DNA of 64,000 nucleotides. It comes from Hyalangium minutum (GTDB lineage Bacteria; Myxococcota; Myxococcia; Myxococcales; Myxococcaceae). This document shows positions 9,320 to 17,798 of the stretch, piece after piece (the stretch's first letter is position 1; each line of letters starts with the position of its first letter). The stretch lies in NCBI RefSeq assembly GCF_000737315.1, contig NZ_JMCB01000001.1, positions 620,001 through 684,000 on the forward strand. The letters run 5' to 3'. Below the pieces are notes generated by a model. That model was not told the origin of the DNA, ran no database searches, and saw nothing but the letters and a program-made list of their open reading frames with translations. The position numbers and the translations under genes were made by a program.

Positions 9320-10114
9320 CAGCCCATCCAGCAGAGCGGCGAAGTGATCGAGTTCCTGCGGCCCGACGCGGCCCTGCTGAAGTTCGGCGTGCGAACCCAA
9401 CCGTTCAAGGGCGAGTTGCACATGGGCATGCAGACGGGGACTTCGGTCTTCAAGTGGGTCGGCGAGGGGGAGACAGTCCCGAAGAGCGCGCCGAAGTACG
9501 GGAAGATCGTGCTCAAGGCGCACAAGGGCATGGTGCTGACCGACATCAGCAACGACCTCCTGCGCACGCCTGGAGTCGGCGACGCGGGAGTCGGCGAGGA
9601 CATCCGCGCCACCGTGGCTGATGGTCTCGACGACGCAGGCTTTAATGGTGACGGTACGGGCGCCGCGCCGAAGGGGCTCTTCGTGCAGCTCGACGCCGCT
9701 TAGGTCTTCGCGAGCACGGGCACGACCGCCGACGCCTACCTCGCCGACATCGACAAGGCGATCGAGCTGCCGCTGACCGCGCACGTGCGGATGGGCACTG
9801 CGGCATGGGTGATCCACCCGACCCGCGCGACGGCGCTGATGCAGCTCAAGGACACCGGCATCTTCATCTTCCGTCAGGAGATGCTCGACAAGGGGACGAT
9901 CCGCGGCTTCCCCTTCGTGATGACGACACGCGTCCCGGTGACGCGGATCACGTTCTCGGCCGACTGGCGTCAGTACCTCTACGGGATCGACGAGGATCTG
10001 ATCCTCTCCGAGCACAACACCCGCGCCGAGTACGACGAGACGACCATCCGCGCGATCGTGAAGGGCGACTTCAAGCTGCGCCAGCCGAAGGCGTTCAGCT
10101 CGATCACCTACTGA
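9320..10114 (+). pseudogene. HK97-family phage major capsid protein remnant (5' truncated, one in-frame TAG)
   Basis: ORFs 9344-9703 and 9785-10114 are in one frame separated only by TAG at 9701-9703; motifs WVGEGE, ISNDLL, NGDGTG..PKGL, W..HP, final D..LRQP.AF. Confidence 0.75.
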
Positions 10115-10274
10115 CCCGCCAGCCTGTCACCGGGGCAACTCGCACAGTGCATGCGGAAGACCTGTTCCCGAGCAGTGCCGCTCGTCGGGGGCGCGTCCAT
10201 CTGGATCGGAAAGGTGTACCGCCGATGATAGACGCGCCCCCGATGTCTGAGCGTCCTGTCACTCCAGGCGGGCG

Positions 10275-10317
10275 AGCCTTGACCCACGGCCCCCCGCTTG
10301 ATTGAAAGGACGCAGCC
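10275..10317 (+). promoter_or_regulatory. Conserved toxin-gene leader (TTGACC element and RBS) shared with locus at 33557-33599
   Basis: agccttgacccacggccccccgcttgattgaaaggacgcagcc vs reverse-strand agccttgacccgcagcacctcgcttgattgaaaggacgaggcc. Confidence 0.6.
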
Positions 10318-11220
10318 ATGCCTCGCCGAACTTGTAGCGCCCCCCTGCTCCTGCTCCTGCTCTCAGCCTGCACAACGATGGATCCGAGCCCGGGAGAGTT
10401 TGAGGCCCCGAGCCCGAGACTCGCCAATCTTCAGCGTGCGGCGCTGTACCCCTGGACGGATGGTGGGCAGTGCGTCGTGCGCGAAGCCTCCAACGAATGG
10501 CCTATCCTGGCGGAGAGATGCTTTTACGCTCTAGAGCGCGACAGGATGAGGTTTCGGGATGTGACAAAGAAATGCGCCGTCGCCCAAGCAGATGCAGCGG
10601 CTCCCGCAGTCGTCGCCCTCTGTATCTTTGCCGCGCCCGAGATCGTCGTCGGTGCAGTGATTGTTGTTGGCGCGGTAGTGGCGGCAGCCGCCATCCAAGA
10701 GGGGATTGATGCTTATCAGCGGAACGCATCCCGCGAGCGCGCGAAGCCCAAGACTCAGACACGGCCCGCGAAGGAACCCGTGGCGCAGAAAGAGCCGAAG
10801 CCGAAGGGCTTGGGGCCGGATGTGCTCCCGCCCATACCATCCGATCCCACCGAGCGCCCGGAAAGCAGGCCCGTTCCGGTTCCGCACGCGGGCGGCAATG
10901 ACCCGCACAACGACTGCGCCGACCTCATTCCGCAGAACAACTTCCCCGGATGGGATGTGCTTGTTAATGGCAAACAATTCGACGCGCTAGTGCTTGTTAC
11001 GCGGACGCTATGGGATGTTAAGACCGACAATTTTGACATCCACTCGCCTCGGTCTCAGGACTTTCTTGCCAGGGTGAAGCTGCCAGAGCTTCAGCGTGAG
11101 AAGAGACTCGCTGAAGAGTGTGGGTATAACTTTGCCATTGGCGTACGGAGCCAAGCTCACAAAGACGTGTTGTTTAAGCTAGACCCGACCCTCACTGTTG
11201 TCGTCATGAATTGGTGCTGA
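10318..11220 (+). CDS. Polymorphic lipoprotein toxin (SitA-like; DUF6310-like) with PD-(D/E)xK nuclease-like C-terminus
   Basis: LSAC lipobox, hydrophobic AVIVVGAVV segment, C-terminal FDAL...LWDVK; N-terminus nearly identical to 32639-33556; followed 1 nt later by immunity-like gene. Confidence 0.75.
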   Translation: MPRRTCSAPLLLLLLSACTTMDPSPGEFEAPSPRLANLQRAALYPWTDGGQCVVREASNEWPILAERCFYALERDRMRFRDVTKKCAVAQADAAAPAVVALCIFAAPEIVVGAVIVVGAVVAAAAIQEGIDAYQRNASRERAKPKTQTRPAKEPVAQKEPKPKGLGPDVLPPIPSDPTERPESRPVPVPHAGGNDPHNDCADLIPQNNFPGWDVLVNGKQFDALVLVTRTLWDVKTDNFDIHSPRSQDFLARVKLPELQREKRLAEECGYNFAIGVRSQAHKDVLFKLDPTLTVVVMNWC

Positions 11221-11221
11221 A

Positions 11222-11980
11222 ATGGCAGCCTTGCAAGCATCCCTCACCCTGAACGTCTACGCGCCTGCGCTCGCAGACGACGACAAGCGCCCTCTCGCCA
11301 TTGTCCATGGAATGGAGCGAGCCCTGCCCGACGTTCGCCTTGGGTGGACGATGTCGGAAAAGGAAAAGCTCATCGCATTGCCCCACCGTGATGAGTGGGT
11401 TGCAACCAACAGGATAGACGGCGGATTTCCCTTTCTTTGCAATGACGATGACAATCGCGTTGTGACACTAACCGGCTGGGAGAACCCAAACGGCCTTGCC
11501 GCAGAAGGCCCACCGCACCTGCAAGTCTATGGGAGGCTCCCACTGGACGCAGGCGGCATCGCAGCGGCTGTGGATGTGTTAGAGGCTATAGGAGACAGTT
11601 CTCGCGCGTTCTGGGGGCATACATCGCCCGAGGGAGTAATGCGAGACATTGCAGACCAGCTTGGCCCGAAAATGTATGGACGGACAGAACCGCCACGGGG
11701 GCTGCCTGCGCTCAAGCTCCCACGGAACATCCCCGCGCAAGAGATCCCGCATTATCTCGGGTGGCTGAACTATTGGTCTGCCGCTGCCGCGATGGCCATC
11801 GGGTTCCCGGACCCGGCCCGCGACGCCGAGCTGCTCATGCGAGCGCATCGCACGCCGTCGGGCGGGTGGGTCGTGCAGCTCACCGATGCTCCGCTCGACC
11901 TCGACGACCCCGCCCACCTGGACGCGCTCAAACGGGCCTACGAGCGCTTCCCGGTGATCGGCGGGCGCGACTCTCCGTGA
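11222..11980 (+). CDS. Putative cognate immunity protein (DUF5953-like)
   Basis: Directly downstream of toxin; paralog of 31884-32642 with conserved C-terminus GWLNYWS...GGWVV.LTD.PLD. Confidence 0.7.
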   Translation: MAALQASLTLNVYAPALADDDKRPLAIVHGMERALPDVRLGWTMSEKEKLIALPHRDEWVATNRIDGGFPFLCNDDDNRVVTLTGWENPNGLAAEGPPHLQVYGRLPLDAGGIAAAVDVLEAIGDSSRAFWGHTSPEGVMRDIADQLGPKMYGRTEPPRGLPALKLPRNIPAQEIPHYLGWLNYWSAAAAMAIGFPDPARDAELLMRAHRTPSGGWVVQLTDAPLDLDDPAHLDALKRAYERFPVIGGRDSP

Positions 11981-12050
11981 CCGCTCGGCTCGGGGCGCGC
12001 TGCGCGGGCGCTTGCGATGGTAGGGTGCGAATCCAGGAGGTCACCCACCT

Positions 12051-12917
12051 TTGATCGTACCCGTCAGATTGGCCCTTCTGCTCGCTCTCTTGCTGGGGGC
12101 TGCCACGCGAGCCGAAGCCGCGCCGAGCCGCACGAAGCGAGATCGGCCCGTCGCCGTCACCGTCAACCCTGCCGAGCCACTACCCGAGATCCACGTCGCG
12201 CCTGACGTGCCCACGGTCCTGCTCTTTCCCGCCGACATCCAGAAGAAGACCATCACGGTAGAGCAGTCGCGAATCCGGGTGGTGGACACGGGGGCGCGCT
12301 CAATCATCGTGCAGGCTGCTCCCGACTACCGGGCCGACGAGCAGCAAGAACTCGAGGTTTTCTTCGCGGACGGCGGGGCGCCAGCACGGGCCGCGTTCGT
12401 GCTCGTCATGGACCCCGCCGAAGTGGACACGCGGATCGACGTGAAGCGGCCCGAGCCGCCGAACGCGGCTTGTCCGGCCGAAACGCAGCGCGCTGAGCCT
12501 CGACCGGAGGACTTCGTCTTGCTGGGCTACGTGGACGCATCCGGCGTGCCCACAACTACGTTCGACGGCGCCCCAGATGAGGCGCAAGGGCTCAAGTCTC
12601 AACCGGGCGTGTCCTATCGCGGTCATGGTTGGGTGCTGATGGATGTGACGATTCGCAACCTGCCCGGTCTGCCACCGTGGACGCCTCGCGATGCGACGTT
12701 GACGGGCAAGGGGGGAGTCACACTGCGGGCGCGGCTTGTGGCGGCACCGAAGGGAGAGATCGCTCCGGGGGAACGTGCGCGGGTGCTCGTGGTGGTAGAC
12801 ACGCTGCCTCCGAGCGCAGGACTTGTCTTTACGTTGGAGGTGCGCGGGGTAGATGGCCGAAGCGTTGTGATTCCACGAGTGACACTTCCGACCGCCGCTC
12901 TGGAGGGCAAGCGATGA
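12051..12917 (+). CDS. DUF2381-like myxobacterial exported protein
   Basis: TTG start with AGGAGG RBS, signal peptide (AEA-AP), PEIHVAPDVPTVLLF motif; stop overlaps kinase start (ATGA). Confidence 0.7.
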   Translation: MIVPVRLALLLALLLGAATRAEAAPSRTKRDRPVAVTVNPAEPLPEIHVAPDVPTVLLFPADIQKKTITVEQSRIRVVDTGARSIIVQAAPDYRADEQQELEVFFADGGAPARAAFVLVMDPAEVDTRIDVKRPEPPNAACPAETQRAEPRPEDFVLLGYVDASGVPTTTFDGAPDEAQGLKSQPGVSYRGHGWVLMDVTIRNLPGLPPWTPRDATLTGKGGVTLRARLVAAPKGEIAPGERARVLVVVDTLPPSAGLVFTLEVRGVDGRSVVIPRVTLPTAALEGKR

Positions 12918-14692
12918 GGACTCTTCTCAGGCTGCCGTCCGGCCTTTTCATTGATGGCTGGCACGTGTTGAAGGAACTCGGCAACGGTGGCTTTGCAGTC
13001 GTCTATCTCGCGGAAAAGAACGGGAAGCGTTGCGCGCTCAAGGTGGCGCGGCACCGCCAGGCCAGCGGGGACGAAAAGCAGACACACGCTCGCGCGAAGC
13101 GCGAATTGACGGTTCTTTCGATGCTGGATCATCCGAACATCGTCGCGCTTTGCGGCCATGGGTACGCGGAGGCAGGCAATTTCTACCTCGCTCTTGAGTA
13201 TGTGGACGGCTGGACGCTCGACGAGTGGAAAGAGCGCAAGCACCCCACCTTTCACGAAATCCTGCGCGTCTTTGTGAAGATCGCCGCCGCTCTAGCCTAC
13301 ATGCACAGCCGGGGCATCCTTCACCGGGATTTGAAGCTCGTGAACGTCCTGATCCGGAAGAGCGACGGCGAGCCGATCATCATCGACTTTGGCTGTGCGA
13401 CATACGAGCAAGCGGCGGATCTGACCGAGAGCGGCCTTCCGCCCGGAACCGATCGCTTCCGTGCGCCTGAGCAGTTCAAATACCTGCGCGAGCACAGGGA
13501 AGAGCACAGGGCGAAGTATGCCTTCCAGGTGGCCGACGAGATCTTCGCCGTCGGCGCGATGATCTACGAGCTGCTAACGGACCCGCGACCGACCGAAGAG
13601 CGCCCGCGCGAGACTCTCAACAGCCCGTTCGATCCGCCCCCGCCGCCCCGGGCTCGAAACCCCCGCGTGCCTGAAGCGCTCAGCGACCTCGTCGAAAGCA
13701 TGCTGTCCCGCGATCCCGCGAGCCGCCCTGTTGATACCGATGCGCTTCACCGCGAGTTGGCCGAGTTGGAGGCGCATCCGGGAGCCGACTACCAAGCGCT
13801 CGCGCATCTCCCCTCAGAGCAGCGTCGGCCCGAGCAGCCTAACGTCAGCGAGCCGGTCGAGCAGCACGCGGGCCGATGGGGCAAGCTACGTGCGTTGGGC
13901 GGCAGAGTGGGTGCCGTCGTCCGTCGCTCGGGGAATGTGCTCGCGGCGAGCGCGATCGCTGCCGTCGTGCTCGGCGTTGCCGTAGCCCTTTGGTTCCGTC
14001 CCCAAACGCCTGAGTCAGTCGCCGAGCCCATCGTCGCCACGAGCCCGACGCCCCCGACAGCCGCCCCTGATATGTCACCCCTCGCCCCCGCGCCTATGGT
14101 GGGCACAGTGCCAACACCCGCCCCCGTATCGGAGGAAGGTTCAACCGTGAAGACACCCCCACCCGAAGACCCGAAAGAAGCACGCCGCCAGAAGACCTCT
14201 TCCGGCTCGGACATGCGCAAAGTCGTGCCGATCGTTTGCTCCCTCGCGGCCGGATGCACCGGCGTTCCAGTCAAGCCTGATGCGTTCACCTGCCCGGAGG
14301 GTTCGCAGCGTGCGATGGAAGAGTTGCACTGGACGGGCCGAGAGCAGTTTAGCCTTGTGCTGGACGACCGACATGACGAGGACGCGGACATTTGGTTGCG
14401 CCCGGGCGACACGGTTGTAGGGATCGTTCCTAAAGGTGTGACGCCATCGCAGGCCAAACTCGCTCCCCCAGGAACGCAGTTCCTCGGAGGGAAGGTCTAC
14501 GTGTGGCCCGAGAAGACGGCATCCGGCAGACCGGGTCGGGTCGTTGTGAAGTACGAGCGCGTGAAACTGCCACGACAGGACGAGGTTCCCGTGTGCTTCG
14601 TCGTCGACGTGGGCGCCCTTGAGCTAAAGGACGGCAACGCGAAGACCGCGAACGGTACGGCAGGATTCATCGAGCGTTACTGGCGACCCTGA
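12914..14692 (+). CDS. Hanks-type Ser/Thr protein kinase, transmembrane, with C-terminal extracytoplasmic domain
   Basis: GNGGFAVVY, ALKVA, LHRDLKLVN, IIDFG; TM segment AIAAVVLGVAVALWF. Confidence 0.9.
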   Translation: MRTLLRLPSGLFIDGWHVLKELGNGGFAVVYLAEKNGKRCALKVARHRQASGDEKQTHARAKRELTVLSMLDHPNIVALCGHGYAEAGNFYLALEYVDGWTLDEWKERKHPTFHEILRVFVKIAAALAYMHSRGILHRDLKLVNVLIRKSDGEPIIIDFGCATYEQAADLTESGLPPGTDRFRAPEQFKYLREHREEHRAKYAFQVADEIFAVGAMIYELLTDPRPTEERPRETLNSPFDPPPPPRARNPRVPEALSDLVESMLSRDPASRPVDTDALHRELAELEAHPGADYQALAHLPSEQRRPEQPNVSEPVEQHAGRWGKLRALGGRVGAVVRRSGNVLAASAIAAVVLGVAVALWFRPQTPESVAEPIVATSPTPPTAAPDMSPLAPAPMVGTVPTPAPVSEEGSTVKTPPPEDPKEARRQKTSSGSDMRKVVPIVCSLAAGCTGVPVKPDAFTCPEGSQRAMEELHWTGREQFSLVLDDRHDEDADIWLRPGDTVVGIVPKGVTPSQAKLAPPGTQFLGGKVYVWPEKTASGRPGRVVVKYERVKLPRQDEVPVCFVVDVGALELKDGNAKTANGTAGFIERYWRP

Positions 14693-14839
14693 GACCCCGG
14701 CTAGTGGAGCGTCTTACAAGTTCGGAACATAGTCGCGGGTCATTACGGGGTTGATCCGTCAAGGCGTGCCCTGGGCATCGGGCCTCGGTGGCGGCGTCGG
14801 CCCTCAACGACTATGTCCAAAGACTTCGCGGACACTCCA

Positions 14840-16326
14840 CTAGTACTACTGTGTCATAAACGTTAGGCTTTGCCGGTGCCGGGGACGCCCCCGCACCACG
14901 GGCAGCAGGGGAGTCGTAGCAGCAGCATGCGTGCCTGACGGATCCTCTGGGTGGTGATGGACGCCGGGTTGTGGCGCTCGGGGCGCAGGGGCAGCACCCC
15001 GCACCTGGAAATCCGCGGGTATTGGAGCGGGGCGCAAGAAGGCAACAGGTGCCGGGGGGGAAGCCGAGCACGCTCGGCGGCGAGGAACGCGTAGGCGGCG
15101 ATGCAGAGCACTCCGTGATGGTGAAAGCCCCGCCACCCCCGGCCCTCGTAATGATCCAGGCCCAGCTCGTCCTTCAGTTCCTGGTAGTCGCGCTCGATGC
15201 GCCACCGAATCTTCACCAGGTAGATGAGTTCCTCCATGGCAGTGGCCTCCGGGACCGTGGATAGCCAGTACTTGGTGGGTTCCTTCTCCCCCTTGGGCCA
15301 CTCCACCAGGAGCCACTCGACAGCGCGCGGCTCTGAGCGGCCATAGTCGCGGTGGGCCGCACGTACACGCAGGCGGGCGAAGCGCGAGTGCATAGTCCCC
15401 TTGGTCCCCTCTCGCCAGTGCACGTTCTGCCACTGCTTGGCGGGCAGTCTCAGGGCCAAGTCCTTGACGGACACGGGCTCATGTCCGGGATGGCGCCGCA
15501 GCCTCTTGGGCGGGCGTCCCATGCCGCTGTAGGGCTTGGGCGATAATGGTTGCTGGGATGGGGTCCAGACTGAAGTCGAGGAGGCGATGCCGACAGCGTA
15601 GGAGAGGCCGCGTTCGGTGAGCGCCTCGCGAAAGGCTGTGACATCTCCGTAGCCCGCATCGGCCACCACGGGAGCCAGGGGCAGTTGCTCCGTCAGCAGT
15701 GCATCCACCTGCCCGAGGGCGATCTCCCACTTGGAGTGGATGTGCACCTGCCTCGGGATGCCTGCTGCCCTACGGCGAGCAGCATTCTCAGCCCAGGACT
15801 CCGGCAGGTAGAGGCGGTACGCGCTGGGCACTCTCAGGCTGTTGCACAGCGACAGCGTCACCACCACCTGGCAGTTATCCTGCTTGCCCAGAGGGCCACA
15901 GTACTGCCGCGCCACCCCGACCGAGTGGGTCCCCTTATTGGGCATGCCCGTATCGTCCACTACCCACGCTTCCACTGGGCCGTGCCTCTCCAACTGCTCG
16001 AGGGCATAGTCCCGGGCCACAGCCAGCATCGCTCTCTCGTCCCATGAGGACACGGCGACGAAGTGGTGCAGCGACTGGTGCCGCGCTCGGACGTGCGTCG
16101 GATCCAACTTCGCCGCCATCGGCTCCACGCTCTTGCGCTCGCCGGAGAGCAGCAGCCCCGTCAGGTAGCCGCGCAGTGGCGCCAGCCGATCCACGTGCCC
16201 GATAACAGCTCCCAGACGTTGGAGGTACCCCTCGAACCTCTCTTCAGGCGTGCTCGCTCGTACCGACATGGCTCGCAGTCCCTCCGGAGTCGGCAAAGCC
16301 TAACGTTTATGACACAGTAGTACTAG
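14840..16326. mobile_element. IS701-family insertion sequence with perfect terminal inverted repeats and CTAG target
   Basis: 14840-14875 ctagtactactgtgtcataaacgttaggctttgccg is the exact reverse complement of 16291-16326; CTAG at both ends. Confidence 0.92.
14863..16269 (-). CDS. IS701-family DDE transposase
   Basis: ERKSVEPMA, QSLHHFV, VDDTG.P.KG.HSVGVARQYCG.LGK..NCQ, ADAGYG, RW.IE..YQELK.ELGLDHYEGR.W.GFHHH. Confidence 0.92.
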   Translation of the reverse strand: MSVRASTPEERFEGYLQRLGAVIGHVDRLAPLRGYLTGLLLSGERKSVEPMAAKLDPTHVRARHQSLHHFVAVSSWDERAMLAVARDYALEQLERHGPVEAWVVDDTGMPNKGTHSVGVARQYCGPLGKQDNCQVVVTLSLCNSLRVPSAYRLYLPESWAENAARRRAAGIPRQVHIHSKWEIALGQVDALLTEQLPLAPVVADAGYGDVTAFREALTERGLSYAVGIASSTSVWTPSQQPLSPKPYSGMGRPPKRLRRHPGHEPVSVKDLALRLPAKQWQNVHWREGTKGTMHSRFARLRVRAAHRDYGRSEPRAVEWLLVEWPKGEKEPTKYWLSTVPEATAMEELIYLVKIRWRIERDYQELKDELGLDHYEGRGWRGFHHHGVLCIAAYAFLAAERARLPPRHLLPSCAPLQYPRISRCGVLPLRPERHNPASITTQRIRQARMLLLRLPCCPWCGGVPGTGKA

Positions 16327-16336
16327 GTGACGTAGC

Positions 16337-16385
16337 AGGTAGGTGGTCGAAATCGGCCGCTTTGGGGCCGGACGATCACCTACCT
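16337..16385. promoter_or_regulatory. Imperfect palindrome upstream of pseudokinase gene (possible operator or RNA hairpin)
   Basis: aggtaggtggtcg ... cgatcacctacct arms (one mismatch) enclosing cggcc/ggccg. Confidence 0.4.
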
Positions 16386-16473
16386 AGCGGGGCGTTCCAC
16401 TCACCCCCATCCACTGGGTAACATGAGCCCGTCTCGCGTTGGCATGGTGCCCATGCGAGTAGGAGGATCGAGC

Positions 16474-17604
16474 ATGGCAGCGATCGAGTTCACGCTTCCG
16501 CAGGGGGCGATTCTGTTCTCCGCCGAAAATGGGGTGTCTTACGAGTTCCGCAAAGACTTGGGCGAGGCACATCACGGGCTGAGCCTCTTTCTGGCGCGGC
16601 GACGCGTCAATGGGTACGCGCAAGGGAAGGTGCTGCTCAAGGCGGTCGGCAATCCGATCGGCGCTGAGCAGGCGATGCGGGTCTTCAAGGCGCGGGCGAA
16701 GCTCGAAGAGCAGGTGCGGCTTTCAGCGTACCTGCGGCACCCGGGCATTGTTCGCACCCACGGCCTGCACAAGACCGCATCGGCTTGGTACGTGGTCACC
16801 GACCATCCGGCGGGGCAGGATCTCGATGACCTGATGGGACTCGCGACCGAACTCGACCGCTGGTTCTCGCCCTTCTTCACGCTCTACGTCGGCGCGCGGG
16901 TGGCGGACGTGTTGCAGTACGCGCACGCGACCAAAGGCGCACAGGGACACTCGCTGGGGATTGTCCACCGGGCAATCGACCTGAGTCACATCTTCATGGA
17001 TTGGGAGGGGCAGGTTCAGGTTTCCGACTTCGGGCTCGCGCTCGCCACCCTGCCGGGCCGCGTCGCCTCCACCGTGCGCCGACCGCAAGGGGATACCTAC
17101 TTCGCTTCGCCCGAGATGCTTCTCGGCGGCAAGGTGGATGCACGCTCGGATCTCTTCTCGCTCGGACTCGTCATGCTCGAAATGTCCACGGGGCGGAACC
17201 TGCTCGATACCGATATGGGGGTCTCCGACGCGGCAAAGTCGGCACTCTCGAAGAGGCAGTTCGCCCGCGTGAAGCGCGCGATCAAGCGCGCTCGGCTGGC
17301 CGGGTGTGAACCCGCGATCGAGCAGACGATCTGGCGTGCGGCGACCTACACGCAGGAAGACCTCGAAGCGGTCACGGAGGGCCTGCCCGATACGCTGCGC
17401 GTCCCCCTTCGCAAGCTGCTTCAGCGCTCACCCACCGCGCGCTACCAGACCGCAGGGGAGTTGGAGACGGACCTGCACCGATGGCTCGGGGGCCAATTCG
17501 GTAAGGAAAAGGCTGCGGCCGAGCTGAAAGAGCTGAAGAGGGAGACAGGCGCGGTCATGGTCGACTGGGGCTTGAAGGGTTCGGACAGCATCACGACGGC
17601 CTGA
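16474..17604 (+). CDS. Ser/Thr kinase-like protein, probable pseudokinase
   Basis: AGGAGG RBS; kinase fold motifs VLLK, VHRAIDLSH (HRD changed to HRA), SDFG, ASPE, DARSDLFSLG; no glycine-rich loop. Confidence 0.8.
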   Translation: MAAIEFTLPQGAILFSAENGVSYEFRKDLGEAHHGLSLFLARRRVNGYAQGKVLLKAVGNPIGAEQAMRVFKARAKLEEQVRLSAYLRHPGIVRTHGLHKTASAWYVVTDHPAGQDLDDLMGLATELDRWFSPFFTLYVGARVADVLQYAHATKGAQGHSLGIVHRAIDLSHIFMDWEGQVQVSDFGLALATLPGRVASTVRRPQGDTYFASPEMLLGGKVDARSDLFSLGLVMLEMSTGRNLLDTDMGVSDAAKSALSKRQFARVKRAIKRARLAGCEPAIEQTIWRAATYTQEDLEAVTEGLPDTLRVPLRKLLQRSPTARYQTAGELETDLHRWLGGQFGKEKAAAELKELKRETGAVMVDWGLKGSDSITTA

Positions 17605-17798
17605 GCGCCCCCGGTGCCGGTCCCCACTGCCCTGGGGGCCGGTCGGGGCGTAGGAGCCCCCGCCCATGTTGCGTCAGTGTTGCGTGAGAGTGCGGAACGG
17701 GTTGGAACGGGGCGGGACGACATGGGACGCGGCGGGATAACGACTCCAGATCATTCCGGGCGGTTCCGAGATAAGGGCGCGATTCTGCGAGAGGTTTC

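Noticed and set aside
9701-9703. Pyrrolysine or programmed readthrough of the capsid TAG
   Set aside because: No pyl genes are seen and the gene is also 5'-truncated; a simple nonsense mutation is more parsimonious.
15054-15060. Poly-G/C run in the IS701 transposase as a programmed frameshift giving an alternative C-terminus ending FMTQ
   Set aside because: Both frames give plausible ends and the main ORF is open through the run; it cannot be resolved without homolog alignment.
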